A stretch of 63,871 nt of DNA, filler included, from Neolecta irregularis DAH-3 (lineage: Eukaryota), in NCBI GenBank assembly GCA_001929475.1. It is 13 parts of 13 records of this genome, joined end to end, with 100 filler letters (N's around TTAATTAATTAA, not from the genome) between each part and the next. Parts side by side here need not be neighbours in the genome. Positions count along the whole stretch, not along the records: positions 4,811 to 19,281 come from LXFE01000900.1; positions 19,382 to 29,788 come from LXFE01000906.1; 11 more parts are not named here. One strand, given 5' to 3'. Position numbers and translations under genes: made by a program. Below the pieces are notes generated by a model. It saw nothing but the letters and a program-made list of their open reading frames with translations. It did no database searches and had not been told where the DNA came from. Shown here one piece after another: positions 11,887-26,623 of this stretch. Positions within the stretch are counted from its first letter, which is position 1. Each line of letters opens with the position of its first letter.

Positions 11887-13155
11887 TCACCATTGTTCCA
11901 GCAGGTGTGCCAGTTCAAGACTATTTGATCTCAATCCAGGTTCCTCTCTCAAGAGACTTTTGATGATGGTTTTTGTAACAGCAGCACGATCACAGGCCTG
12001 GTCAATATATTTCAATATTCCGTCCAACTGGTAAGGCGTTTCAGAATAAAGATACCTCTTCCTCCATTCCAAATCATGAACAGTGTTTTTCAAACATTCG
12101 AACGGAAGTAGTAATATGCATAGAGTTAAGCCAAGAGCCCACATATCACAAGCAAAGACATCTGCCTGAAAAATAGCTTCGGATATAGCATAATTCACCC
12201 AGAGCTCGGGGGCACTCATTATTTGCGTCCCATAGCATGCAGACATGGGAGGATTCTTATCATGTGTCCGTGTATAGCTGTCGAAATCTGAAATTTTGGC
12301 GATGAGCCCATGAGATGATTTAGAGAAGTAAGGTGATTGAGATGCATGACCAACTACATAGTACACGAGAATATTATTCAGCTTGATATCTCCATGTGCA
12401 ACTCCTAGTTGATGCATATGTGCAATACCAGCAGTGACATCCTTGAATAAATCTCTTGTAATAGATGGATGCAATCTTGTGGGATCTTGAGGAGTAGGGC
12501 ATCGAAGGTTAGCAATAGGGTGTAGGCTTTTCCTGTTGTATCGGAGAACATCCAGGTCACAAAACGCCAAGCCAGTGACGATAAAAGACATGTCAGAGTA
12601 GCTATCAAAACGAAGATGTTTTTGAACATTTGGATGATGGCCCAAGAACTGGGAGATGCCCCACTCCCTCCTCATATCATATGACTCATCCAAGTAAGAG
12701 TTATTTCTCACAGCTGCTGAAGTATACTTGGGCAAGTTTGGAAGGAATTTAATTGCATATTGCACAGATTGCACAACAAAGCTTTTTCGAGAGTGACCAA
12801 TCACTTGCTGGAGTGGAGCAGTAGTAAGCCAGTCATCTCGTAAGAGAGCCTTCTCTAGACTTTGCTGGAGGAGCCTTTGCTGTGAAGGTTCGAGATTCGG
12901 AAAGTAAGAAAAATCTTTCCGGAAGAGCTCGCATATGTTTAAACAAATTACTCGACGAGTCTCTTGTGCCTGTGATTCAGAATGCTCACAAACGCCTGAA
13001 CGTCTGTTCCGAGCTGCTATTAACGTAGAGGCAGCTTGAAGTGCAGCGTTATGTGTCCTCACTTTCTCTCGGTCACCGTGAGGAAAAGCCACTAGTTTGC
13101 TGAGACTATTCGAGAGAGGCATGGCAATTTGAGTTCTGCTACCGGCCCGAGTCAT
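11887..13155 (-). CDS. Divergent intronless protein kinase (paralog of 8597-9837)
   Basis: YAIK, HGDIKLNN, DFD, SAPE, DMWALG in a 422-aa ORF. Confidence 0.8.
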   Translation of the reverse strand: MTRAGSRTQIAMPLSNSLSKLVAFPHGDREKVRTHNAALQAASTLIAARNRRSGVCEHSESQAQETRRVICLNICELFRKDFSYFPNLEPSQQRLLQQSLEKALLRDDWLTTAPLQQVIGHSRKSFVVQSVQYAIKFLPNLPKYTSAAVRNNSYLDESYDMRREWGISQFLGHHPNVQKHLRFDSYSDMSFIVTGLAFCDLDVLRYNRKSLHPIANLRCPTPQDPTRLHPSITRDLFKDVTAGIAHMHQLGVAHGDIKLNNILVYYVVGHASQSPYFSKSSHGLIAKISDFDSYTRTHDKNPPMSACYGTQIMSAPELWVNYAISEAIFQADVFACDMWALGLTLCILLLPFECLKNTVHDLEWRKRYLYSETPYQLDGILKYIDQACDRAAVTKTIIKSLLREEPGLRSNSLELAHLLEQW

Positions 13156-13360
13156 TAATAATGAGGGCTAGATAACAAGTCTTTGAACAGACGCTGGTGT
13201 AAAGTAAAGGTGGGTTGAGGTCTAGGATACGATCAATGGGTTTGATGAAGAGGCATAAATTTGGGGTTAACCAACAAATAGAATAGTACACCAACCACCG
13301 TCCTAAAATGCATAAATGTAAATGAATCCAAGAAATAAAATATAAAATCCAAGAACATTC

Positions 13361-16203
13361 CTAGGAGATTAATGATTCCCCTGCTTGCGTAACGATTTTT
13401 GCAATTTTATCGATTTCCCCTTGAGCGAGTATTAAATTGCGTTGATCGATAGCATCTAGCACCCCTGGAAAAGTAAAATTATTGCAGCCTAAAATATTCA
13501 CAAAGATGATGCAAGAATGATAATACCTGGCCAAACTTGAGGGCCGAAAATTACATGCTTGTACCATTCACGACCAGGGAGGCCTTTAGAATCTAGAAAT
13601 AATTTCTCAAATTGTTCCATTCGAATGTTGTAATTATACCGAGCCAGCATCACAAACGATGTTTCATATCCTTGACTGGACTGAACGAATGCAGCCCACT
13701 CTTGTTCCCAAAGTCGAAATATTTCGGCATTTTGCGTGAGACTCTAATTGTGAATGGCAAGAGAAAATATGCATATACCCTTGCGGCTTCGCGTAATTCA
13801 TCGAATTTCAGGTCTTTTGCGTCGTGGCTTAGAGCATAGCTTTCAAGCTGATTGATATACAAACTGATGCTGTTGCCATAACTGATAACATTGATGGGCA
13901 TAACGGCTTCGTCTGCTAGTTCAAGAATGAGCAAAGCCCACAATTGAGCCATGGCCCGGTGGTATTTGAACCCAGGGTCGCTGTAATATGAGAAAGCATC
14001 AGTCAAAATCTGTACCCAAAATTCTCTAGCCACCTTATCGAATCGTGAGCGGTATGATCAACACCTGTCCGACCTTTTCAGGTCAGTTTGTACGGCTCAC
14101 GATAATACCGTCAAAACTCATGTCCAAAGAGGCAACGCCGGCAAAGTCTTGAAAAGCAACATAATCCGAGTCTATGATTAGGGAAATTCAAATACGCGCA
14201 AACCAGCAGCAAGAGGACCCGGCACTTGATCTCCCCATTCTTCGAGCAGGGTTTTGTTGGAGTGGGGATCTTGCACGAGATCCATTATTCTCATCAAAAC
14301 ATCGTTGAGCAAAGGCGAGGCGTTGGCTTTGAATTTTGGACCAGCCACGGCGGTATCGACATTAATATCTAGCCGGTAAGGAGCTTCCACTTGATCTGAA
14401 CAAACATGCTACTCCGCCATTTTTCAAGGATAAAAGGTTATCTTCGACGTACTCTGTCGACCCAATTATATTATACTCCTTGGCATCCTATCATAAGCGA
14501 GTAGACTGCTTTATTTCGTACCCAGGAAGCGAAAATACTATTCATCAGCCAAATGATAATCAGGTATTCGTACATTGAGCGCCTTGGTCTCCATTTACTT
14601 TGTTTCACCAAGGAACCGAGAATTCTGGCAACTTCGAGCAGCACAGCTGTCCCGGAATGCGGGTTAGAAGCCCCAGGTCCCCAAGCGTCTCGATGATTTC
14701 CTACAATAATCTGTAAAGTGTTCTGCTCTCTTCCATCAATTTTGCCGATGATATTATTTATTTCCTGTTTCTCTTCTTCACGTTGCTCGTTGACAAGATT
14801 GACTCTCGGTCCAGTTGAATCCCCAGTCCACCACTCAACATCGGGAACACCTCCTTTCCACGGCTCTTCAAGTTTTTTTCCGCGGTTCTTCAATGCCTGT
14901 AAGAGAGGTTGAGCGTCGGACCAGGAGAGAGGTATACTCGGAATATTAACCAGCGCCGAATTATTATCCTTTGATATTCGTTTGGCCGATAGCGAGGCTG
15001 CATATCCAGGCGTTAAAACATCTCCAGGAGCGTGACTTGTCAAGGATACAGAACCCCGTTCGACGGAATACTGATCTCCCCAAATTCCATCCGGATAAAT
15101 ATCACCCTTTAGAAACCCGGTATCGGCGGGGTCGAAATAAATGATACAGCCAACTGCTCCGGCCTCTATATAAGCAAGAATATGTAGCGAATCGGTGTAC
15201 CTCTTGAGCAGCTTTTACTTTTGATGCCTGGCTGGATCGAGATTCCCCATTACGCACGAGGACAATGGATCCATTGACACTAATATTCCCAGCAACTAAA
15301 TACTCAAAATCCTCACGCGATCCGTAATTTGCGTATATGAGATGTCCAAACACATTGCCTGGATATTATTCCAAATATAATTCTTCTCTCGAACCTGCCT
15401 TTGAATGGCCATGAAAAACTAGCCCGTTAGAAGGGTAAACAGGAGACAGCGAACTTGGAGTAGGCGGTAATGTCACCAACGGCTCTCCTTCAGCCTCGCG
15501 TTCTCTAAGAGGTGCTTCATATTGCAATTCAGGCGGATCTACAATAGCGACCTTTCTACCATCTTCTTTTGGAAAATTAAGGTATACAAAGTACCTTTAA
15601 TCAACTGACGTATTGAGAAGAAGGATACTTTGACAAATTAACTTGATCCAAACCGTATGATTTCAACTGATCCTGGACATACAGAGTAACTTCCCAAGCG
15701 CTTTTCGTTCCCGGCATCGTATTTTTGCTGGAGAGGTAACTAATGTGCCGTCTCATTCGGCCAATACTCGGTGCTGTCAAGATATACCGTTGAATATCGT
15801 GTTTTTCCAAAGATTTACTATTCCAGGGGGGCAAAATATGCAGATAATTGAACAAGACGATAATCGATACACAGAATAAAACAAGCACTGCGTTTCTGAA
15901 ACTCCCGGTATTTGCGCAGATAGGTCTAATCGTATCTAGACAGGAGAAAACCCATTCTACTCTCTGTCGAAAGCGATAATATAAATATTTGACGTTTATG
16001 AATTTCTTGGGCGGGGAGAGGTCTTCTAGATCAAAAGACACTAATTCTCGATGTAAAGAATAAATAGAAGATGAAGATCGGGGGGAAGATTCTAGTGAGA
16101 GAAAGACATCCTGTTCAGATGAATGGTCTTGTAGGTCTCCTGACGAATGTGTGGCGTTTTCATAAGACGGCGGAAGAAGCGAGTTGTTTTGGGTATTGTA
16201 CAT
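13361..16203 (-). CDS. Glutamate carboxypeptidase II/transferrin-receptor-like type II membrane protein (Tre1/Vps70 family)
   Basis: PPSY motif, TM helix, PA domain YANYGSREDF, GDVLTPG, GNHRDAW, TFR dimer region KHVIFGP-like C-terminus; many short introns. Confidence 0.9.
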
Positions 16204-16331
16204 TCAAGACCCCGTGAATCTACGATACCAAATTAAAAAGAGCGATGTGGGGGATTCTGATGTGGCGCAAAATGGTGTTTGAGATGGAGACGCTCCGAAA
16301 ACTCCAAGTCATCTAATCCCCACCGGTTAAA

Positions 16332-17311
16332 ATGGCAGCAGAACAAAGGAGAATGCTCGAGGTTTGTGATGGATAAGCAAGTATACTAACAACCAGCAAC
16401 TAATGGGCGCCGATGCCTTTGGCGGAAAACCGTCTCGAGAAAATATAGCGTTCTTTGACCCCCGAGTGTGTAAAAGTTTTATAGTAGGAACCTGTCCCCA
16501 CGACATGTTTGTAAACACGGTACTGCCCCGCTCGACAATAACTAGTAATATTTTTCTAGAAAATGGATATCGGGGCATGTCCTAAACTCCACTCTGACAA
16601 ATTCAAAAACGAATACGAGATTGCACAAAAGACCAAGGACTATGGATTTGAATGGGACTATATGAGGGATTTACAAAAATATGTTCGTGAATGTGATCAG
16701 CGGATTGAATCGTCCGAGAAGAAATTAGATTACGCGCCCGACGAAGAAGCCAAATCGAATACTCTACTGAAAGAAATCGGCGAGATTGAAAAGACGATTA
16801 TTTCACAGTTGGAGGAAGTAGAAGTTCTTGGAGAGACAGGAGAAGTCTTGAAAGCAATTGAAGAATACCACAAAGTTGAAAAATACAAACAAGATCGTAC
16901 AGAGAAAGAAGTAATTCACCATTTATACCCTTTTGACAGTCTAGAAAGATCTCCGTGGAGTAACAGATAACCAAAATTCCAGCACGCAACAAAAACTGCA
17001 AGTCTGCGATATCTGCGCAGCCTATTTATCTCGACTCGACAACGACAGACGGTGGGCTTTTATAAATTAATCTAACAGTCAGACTAGCAGACCATTTCTG
17101 GGGAAAACTGCATATGGGCCATAAAATTATTCGCGAGACATATCAACAGTTGTCCAAAGAACTCTCCAAAAGGACCGAACCGCCTCGGGATTATCTCAAG
17201 AATGTGCAATACGATGATCGCCCGTCTAGGTACGATGACGATCGAGGGTACCAAGGTGGTCGTGGAGGTCGTCGCGGACGACCAAGAGGGGGAAGAAGTT
17301 CACGCTACTGA
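16332..17311 (+). CDS. LUC7: U1 snRNP protein Luc7
   Basis: MAAEQRRMLEQLMG, ZnF1 VCKSFIVGTCPHDMF...CPKLH, ZnF2 LQVCDICAAYLSRLDNDRRLADHFLGKLH; four introns. Confidence 0.95.
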
Positions 17312-17363
17312 TAATCGTGTAATACTAGAATACATTTAAAAACTGGAGGGTTACAAGTTATTA

Positions 17364-17660
17364 TCACCGAGGTTGTTGATTCCAGAAACCTTTTTCTACC
17401 ATCTGATCATCCTGTTTGTGACCGCCTACGATTTCTCTCGGATCGGTATCTAACCTGATGTTTTGTGTTGCTTCCTGTATGTTGGGCTTTATAGCTGGAT
17501 CGTCAGGTTTATTGCTATTGTGGTCTTTAGAGCGGTCAGGTTCGTGTCGCCCACGATGAAGCGGCCCTTGATCTTTTGCATCCTCGCCCTGACCAGCGCC
17601 AGAATCCTCTGACCCAGAAAAGAACCTTTGCGATCGTAAAATAGTTGGTTGTTTAACCAT
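17364..17660 (-). CDS. Small hypothetical protein, possible mitochondrial presequence
   Basis: 98-aa ORF beginning MVKQPTILRSQRFFS filling the gap between LUC7 and MCM10. Confidence 0.5.
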   Translation of the reverse strand: MVKQPTILRSQRFFSGSEDSGAGQGEDAKDQGPLHRGRHEPDRSKDHNSNKPDDPAIKPNIQEATQNIRLDTDPREIVGGHKQDDQMVEKGFWNQQPR

Positions 17661-17761
17661 ACGGGAGATATATCGGACAGTCAACATTTATGGTAGGAGT
17701 GGAGTGGACGTTTCCAGTTTACCCCAAATAAAAAACGCTTGACGTCATCGATTTACAAACA

Positions 17762-19281
17762 TTATACAATTTCCAATTCATCACTGCTATCGCCATCAAT
17801 TCCCACAGGACTAGTCCGCATGAATTCATCGAGAGTCATTTTTTTAGTGATGTCAGGGATGCTACCTACCCGTCTCCGAGGATCAAACCCGATTTTCCGC
17901 AACGCAATAGCAGAAAAGGGATTCAACGATTCGTCTAGCGGCACTGGATCTTGTTTACCAGCGTTAAAGTAATCGCTTGCAACTGAATTATTTTGAGATT
18001 GGAGTAATTTATGTACGACTTGTCGTTCTCGTTCGCGAGTAGCTTGTTGTTTGCGGAATTTAGCTAGACGGAGATGATTTGAATCTTTGCCGTCTTGATC
18101 AAACATTTGGTGTTTGGGTCCGACGACAAAAGTCTGACTTGAGGCTAGACGAATTTGAACGTCGGCGGTGCCGGCAAATGGGTTTTCGAGAAAATTGCTG
18201 GTGCCCGAGTAGCCTGATTTTCTGGCGGCAATGGATTTTGGAGGGGAAAACATGCGGGATCTAGAGTTGGCGCGAGGAGGGTAATGGCACGATACCCTGT
18301 AGCGATTTCCATTCGTTTGGATCTCGTCTTTTTCAGTCCAGCGTCCACGTGGAATTCGCAGTATTCCGTATGTTTTCTAGCGTTGGTATTGGAATTAGGC
18401 TGGAGGATACAAATCGACCCAAGTTCCACAGAGCTTTCCATCCTTTTTGACAGACTTGCAAAAACCCAGGTCCTTGGCTTTTCCAATCTCCAAGAGGGTA
18501 TCTTCTTTTTCCGACAAGTTTAGGGAAAAGGATTTACCTTGTTGACGGGGTTTGAGGAGGCCCGGGTTGAGCAAGGCGACGACCATTCCTGGTTGGACCT
18601 TCCAATGCCGTTCAAAGGCACCTCCGAAAAGGTAGAGCTCTATTTCCCATTTGAGGTCTGTGAGAAGGATGGCGCACCATTTTCCAGAGCCATTTTTTGT
18701 TTCGCGAGGGGGAGATTTGGATGCGACTATGCCGAGGACGACCCAGTCGCCGTCCACGTCTGGGGGGTCATATTCTGGCGAGGTGACTTGCTTGAGCAGC
18801 CTGTGCAGGGGAAAGAGATGTTTTCCGTGCAGCTGGTCATGGACGAGGGTTGGCGAAAGGAGTGCAGAGGACAAGGGGATGCCGGAGAAGGGCTCGACTG
18901 CCGGGAGGGGCAGCTGCGTGCAAGGCGAGCGTGAAGCAAGGCTGAAGCCCTTGGTTTGGTTGGTGCGCCTGCTTTCCTCCTTTTCGCGGGCGCGTTTCTC
19001 GAGATCCTGTGCTTCCTGGAGGCGTTGGGCGAACGACTTTAGAGGCCTCTGGGGGGAATTGAGGGAGGCGGGGAGGGGCAATTTTGGGGGCGATCTGAGG
19101 GAAATGTCTTTTGCAGTTTTTCCTGGTCTGTTGGCAGAGGGAGGGAGGGAGCGGACCTTTGTCGACACGGAGCAGGATCCTTGCGGGGGAGGAAGCAGCG
19201 GGCTTTGTCCTTTCTCTAGAGTCAGGCAGAGGCAGGCGGGAGGGGTACTGGGGGAGGGGGAGGGGCTTTGCGGGACGTGGA
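17762..19281 (-). CDS. MCM10: DNA replication factor Mcm10/Cdc23, 5' end lost in gap
   Basis: OB fold GDWVVLGIVASKS...LTDLK...LYLFG; zinc finger DLGFCKSVKKDGKLCGTWVDLKHTEYCEFH after splicing. Confidence 0.92.
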
Positions 19282-19381
19282 NNNNNNNNNNNNNNNNNNN
19301 NNNNNNNNNNNNNNNNNNNNNNNNNTTAATTAATTAANNNNNNNNNNNNNNNNNNNNNNNNNNNNNNNNNNNNNNNNNNNN

Positions 19382-19977
19382 TCAGGATATAAACAGAGTA
19401 GAGATATTTCTGCTCGGAATTCAGTTGCCTCTCTTCAAGCTAAACTTGACTCTCAACTCGGATTTTCAAATGAGGTTAAACCTTCCAAACAGCCCTCGAT
19501 CACCGCTACCCCAACCTCCAGTCCTGCTCCTCCCGCGTACGCTGGGATAGCCCAGGCAGAGGCAATGTACGCATACACAGCCACAGATCAAGGAGACCTT
19601 GCCCTAGTCCCAGGTGATAAAATTACAATCATCGAATACATTAATTCAGACTGGTGGAAAGGATCGTGTAATGGTCGTGAAGGCATCTTTCCAGCAAACT
19701 ACGTTCTTAAACTTGACTCGCAAAAAGAGAAATTTGGTACGCCTGCTCCATATGGAAATCCTGTATATCCCCAACCTGCTCCTGTTCCACAAGAAGAAGA
19801 AAATAAACTTGGTAAATATGGAAAGAGGTGCGGTTGTATCGCATATGGTGGCTGAATTTAGATACGGTGGAAAATTTACTGATGCAGCTGTTTTTGGAGC
19901 TGGTGCTACTGCCGTATTATCCCTCTTTTTAAACCTAAATTGTCTAGGGCAGTCATTTAATCAGTTCCATTTTTTAA
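19382..19977 (+). CDS. SH3 protein Lsb1/Pin3/Csh3-like, 3' part
   Basis: AEAMYAY...GDLAL...DWWKG...GIFPANYV; C-terminal GGKFTDAAVFGAGATAG...SSIF*. Confidence 0.85.
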
Positions 19978-20026
19978 CAAGTCTGCTTGCTGAGAAGGGT
20001 CATTATTGCATTTTCCATATTTCTTT

Positions 20027-20720
20027 CTAGTTTAAAAGAATGCTCTGTTCAAGAGGTTCTGGAACCTGCTCCCATGCCAACCAGTCACTAGAACTAGTAG
20101 GCAACAATCCCATACTCGCCGCCTTCCAAACTCCCAATCCAATTCCGGCAACCTGCAACAAAATAAAAACTAGTCGAGGTAGTATCAACCGTGTCCGCGT
20201 ATTTTTGTCTTGCAGAGGAGAAAAGTGAGCGGATACAGTAGTTAGCGCTTGTACCGGATTGAAAAACATCATAAAAGTCATCATCATGCTGAATATTTGA
20301 ACCGTGTTTCCAGACATGTACATCATAAACGCAGTCATCGGTAACCTTTCTCATCAACAAATCACAAAAGGAAGGAAAATTACTGTTTTGCAGGCGCAAT
20401 CGCAATTTCCCAAGCTTTCTAAAAGATTATACCTTGCTTTTGAGAAATCGATACCTTGACTTTCAATTCATCTCTAATTTCAGAAACATCCCGTTGTTCT
20501 CCCACAATACTACTTTTCACTTTCTAACCCGTTAGAAAACAATAATCAAGATAAAAGTACGCCAGGCATCCCCTTTTTCGATTGCACAGAAAAGCCAGGA
20601 GGGTTAGGTATACCGGTCTTTGATTCATTATTAATCCTTGCAAGTATTAGCTTGAGAAAGGGGGAGGGTAACGGTATACTTTTGTTGTTTATCGTAAATT
20701 TCCCAGTATTGGTGGTTCAT
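20027..20720 (-). CDS. EMC4: ER membrane protein complex subunit 4
   Basis: PNPPGF, KAWEIAIAPAK, PMTAFMMYMSGNTVQIFS, MGLLPTSSSDWLAW. Confidence 0.93.
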
Positions 20721-21653
20721 GGCAAAAGTTGCCACCCCTGCGATTCTGATTTTCTTATTTTCGTTTACCTTTTATCTACATGAAAGTGTTCTTGTTGTAG
20801 AGTAGCGTCTACCGTCAAGACGATATTGCTTTAGAGGTATCTGATAGTAGACACTATTATCTTTGACAATTTTACTGTAGCTCTGTTGTAGACATTTATT
20901 ACTTGCCACCTTGTCTTGATCTTAATCAAGTACTTACATATCTAATCACTGTATTCTTGGTTTTTATCAACTTTTGCCAACAATTAAGTAATATTCTCAC
21001 TTGTATTTACCATCATTCTGATTCTTTGTATTTACTGGTATCAGAAATAACCCTCTGCTGGATAGGAGAACACTGAGACTATAAATATGGACTGTAGGTC
21101 AAAGTATATATTCTTTAATACCTTCACATACAAACGAACCTCGCCTTGAAAGCCATGCATTCCTCGAATCTCCAAGTGAGAAAAACAGCCAAGTATCCAT
21201 GAATCTACCGAAATCGCAGCTTGCATGTTTCACACATCAACAAATGTTGCTGATATAACCCAGATTGTCTAGATCATCGTTTATGTGACCAGGCTAATTT
21301 TCTACAGGGATATTGGTTATATTAAATGAGATTGACAGAATGGTTCACAGCAGACAGGATAGCCTTTGAATTGTCCCACTAGTTGGTATTTAAAGAACAG
21401 AGCAGGGTGAATGAGTGTGTTAGATACAAGGACGGAGAATTAGAGGAAAGCGATATATATCAAGATAACCGTTAGTGTTTATTTGCCGCAAACAGAAACA
21501 TGCTTAATCTGGACCGATTCAAGCCCGATCTGTGATCGAGTATCAGATAATTTAATAAAGAATGTAGACTGCGGGAACGTGAATTTTGATTCCCTACAGT
21601 GGAGGTACGGAAGAAACGCCAAATAAATTAAAGAGAGAAATGACAAGATAATT

Positions 21654-23216
<1,563 letters not shown>

Positions 23217-24327
23217 GGTGGAGACGAAACTTGCGTCGGAAGATGTACAGGTTAATTTGTAAAGTGAAGTCGCCAATCGGCCGGGTTCAACCACCAGATG
23301 CGGCAAGTTAAGGTTCTCCGGATTCGCCTACCGTTATTCGCCGATTTTTTTCTAGCCCGCGGCAGACTCGTATCGTTTTGATTACCAAGTGGTAAGAACA
23401 AAAAGCGCAAACGCTGGTGTTATATACCCATAATCTCTCCCATGTTCTATTTTCGCAGACGGCTCAGCTTGCTCCTCCGGTTCCAAGTTCGCTTCGTGCT
23501 ATTGATAATTGGTAAGGCTAAGTGCCCTTGCCTATACCCTTGTCTTTAGTCATTTACAACCCCTTAATTAAATCCTATCAATTGCTTGTTGGCGATCCAT
23601 AATTGAACTACTCTCGGAACGATCAGTTTATTTCAGGCATGAAACAACAAAGCATTTTATTTATTCTCCTTACACCCAGACAAAAGTCTTTTATAAAAAT
23701 ATCATCAAAGGGAAGACTATTTAAGATCGTTAAATTTAGTAGCCATGTTTTGCTATAACCCTAGGTCTTCACAGAGATCAGAGTCTTTAAAGAACATTTT
23801 ATGATAATTAGCTATGAGACAGCTTCTCAGATCATGTATCTTGTTTTTCCAACGTGGTAGCAATTTTAGTAATAAAATTACTCCGATGGGTGTGCAACAT
23901 TGTTACGACATATTACAAAGTCGTCATCGTTTTCTTTGAACCGAAAATTACAGATTATCTATTCTTGTCAGACACTGTTCTCAAGGCCATTGCCGTTATC
24001 TTGACTTGTTTTCGCAAAATTTCTGTTCGCCCTCCTTGTATTGTTAATTAAACTTTGAAGAAAGCAAGGCAAGTCATTGTAGTATCGTCAGCTGTTGCAG
24101 AATTTATTTACCTAGCGCTCGTATGAACCATGCAAATGGTCGTTTTACCGAATCAAATAATATAGACATTTTACGTACTATATCCCCTGGATTATTCGAA
24201 TATTCAATCTGTCGTTGAACATCCTGTTATTTTCGAAGGAAGCATCATACTTGACGGCTGCACCATCGCACTCCATCATGATCTACCTTCCGTAAATAGA
24301 ATAATTCTAGACTTTACAATCATAGTC

Positions 24328-24960
24328 ATGTCAAATTCAAAACGCCATCTTCCTGTAACTCTAGTCCTTCTCTTCGATAGAGACAAAGATCAAATCCTTT
24401 TAGGTCTCAAAAAACGGGGATTTGGAAAGAACAAGTATGTCCATTCGGCACAGCTCGAGGTTTGACAGTAAAGATGGAACGGGTTTGGCGGGAAACTTGT
24501 GCCGGGGGAAACGGTCCTTCAAGCTGCAATGAGAGAAATGGAGGTGTTTGCTATCGTATCCGTCTGTGTTTAATTGATTGTAAGGAAGAATCAGGAGTTC
24601 TAGTTGAGGAATCCGATATGATCAAATGCGCACTATTGAAACTGGAGAATCAGAATGAAGTCTTGGAAATTCACGTTTTCAAAGCATACAACTGGAGAGG
24701 AAACCCAATTGAGTACCCTCCCGGAATTGAGATGTTGATTGAGTTATAGAACCGAAGAGATGGCGCCAAAATGGTTCTCAACGAAATCGATACCATATGA
24801 AGATATGTGGCAAGAAATAAGAATTTGGTTGCCTCAAGTTCTTGCGGGAAAAGCTATCATATTCCACGCTCTTTTCGAAACAAATACGCCGGAATTGATG
24901 GTCGATGATAACTGGGCGGTTATGACGGATTACGAGCTTGAGGTGGTAGATTTTATATAG
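24328..24960 (+). CDS. Nudix hydrolase, MTH1/NUDT1-like 8-oxo-dGTPase
   Basis: [41 protein letters not shown] Nudix box; ETEEMAPKWF, IPYEDMW. Confidence 0.9.
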
Positions 24961-24977
24961 ATTTCCACAGAGAATCT

Positions 24978-26451
24978 TTATGACTTTCCCCATTCCAAAG
25001 CTCTGGGTTTCATATACTCAAACACTAATTCTTTCGTCAATTGTTTCTTCTTGGCTTGAAAATCCCCAACAAATTCTTTGAGAACCTCAATACACATCTT
25101 TTTTAACTCGCCAGTCATAATTCTGCCATTCCTGTATCCCTGACCGAGTTAGTTTCCGATAGATAAGCAAGAGTTACCTGTCCAATTTCTTCTAGTTTTT
25201 CGTCGTCATCCATGAAAAATGACAAGTACTGATATGCTACGTCAACCTCAGTGTTTCCTCCAAATTCCTTTTGTTCTTCAAGTGTTGTTCGGCCGCCCGA
25301 AAAGGCATATTTGTTAATCTGAATGAGTCAATGACGTGTAAAGGATATGAATAATACCTTCTTTTCAATTTGCTTAGGTGTATCGTTCATGAATATAGCA
25401 GAGGTATCGACAGATGCAGACATTTTAGTCTGTGAGCCCTGCAAAAGGTGAGTTCATGTAAAGTCATGAATAAAACCTGTAAAGAGGGAAAGAACTTGGC
25501 ATGGATGAGCGCGGGCTTGGGATACTTGAGTTTTACGGCAACATCCCGCGTGAGTCTAAAGTAGGGGTCCTTGATCGTCAAACGACAGGTCAGTGCTACA
25601 TATACCTGATCGATTGCACAAGGGATCAGACAAGGTATGTCTTTCTTTTCGCCAAAAATATGGGGGAAGGAGTTCGAAAAACTGGGTGCGGCTTGAACTG
25701 CAACGAAATGATACTTTCCAACATTCGATCTATGCGTAAGATGGTCTTTCTCTCTGGAGTATGAACGAATTATCGAATCCAAAGGTTGCTTTAACTTGAT
25801 TGGCGGTAATAGCTCGAGCAAACCGAACAACGTTGTGGTAGAAAGGGCCGCCGACGAAGTCGAGATCGGAAAAAATAAAAGTCTTCCTCACGTCAAAGCC
25901 ACAGGCAATGATGTCCTTGGCATTCTCATAGGCGAAGCTGTGGCACTGCTCGAGGGTAAGTTCGGGCTTGAAGAGGAATTTCTCGTCGTCTGCTAGTTAG
26001 CAGGGCCACTGGAAGAGCATGGATGCCAGTTAGCTGAATAACGAGTGGGACGTCAAAAACGTCCTGCAACCATTTGCAGAAGACGAAGGGGACCATGTGT
26101 CCCAGATGCATGCTGTCGCTGCTGGGGCCTCTGCCGGTGTACAGATAGAAGGGTTTGCCTTGCTCGTAGCGGTCGAGGATGGAGGCGAGATCGCTGGGTT
26201 GGGGTCAGCGTGGGGTGATCGGGAGCGGCGCACCGGTGGGAAAAGAAGACGCCGCGACGCAAGAAACGGTGCGGCGGGCGGCCTGTAAGCGCGGCAAAGC
26301 GTTCGAGCAGGGCACTGTCGATAGGGCGAGTGCCGAACTGGGCGATAAGGCGGTCGTAGTCGATGCCGAGCTGCTGGCCGCCGACTGTTGCGCCGTGCAC
26401 TTCCCATGGCGTTACTGTCTGCGCCTGTTCGGCAGGCTGCTGCTCGGCCAT
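24978..26451 (-). CDS. WRS1: Cytoplasmic tryptophanyl-tRNA synthetase
   Basis: [49 protein letters not shown]. Confidence 0.97.
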
Positions 26452-26623
26452 CGGGGAAGTGTGATCAGACGGAGAAATGGCTGATCTGGCGGAAAATGGC
26501 CGATGAGAATGACGGACCTGGCGGAGAAATGACTGATCTGGCGGAGAAATTCCTTATCTGGCGATATTGGCTGGTGGTGAGTACGCGACCGCAACTCCAC
26601 TGCAACCCTTTGCTCTCACCCTC

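Noticed and set aside
20760-21650. Unusually long intergenic stretches (also 23300-24300) that might hide genes or ncRNAs
   Set aside because: No coherent spliced ORF, RNA motif or repeat boundary could be supported by eye
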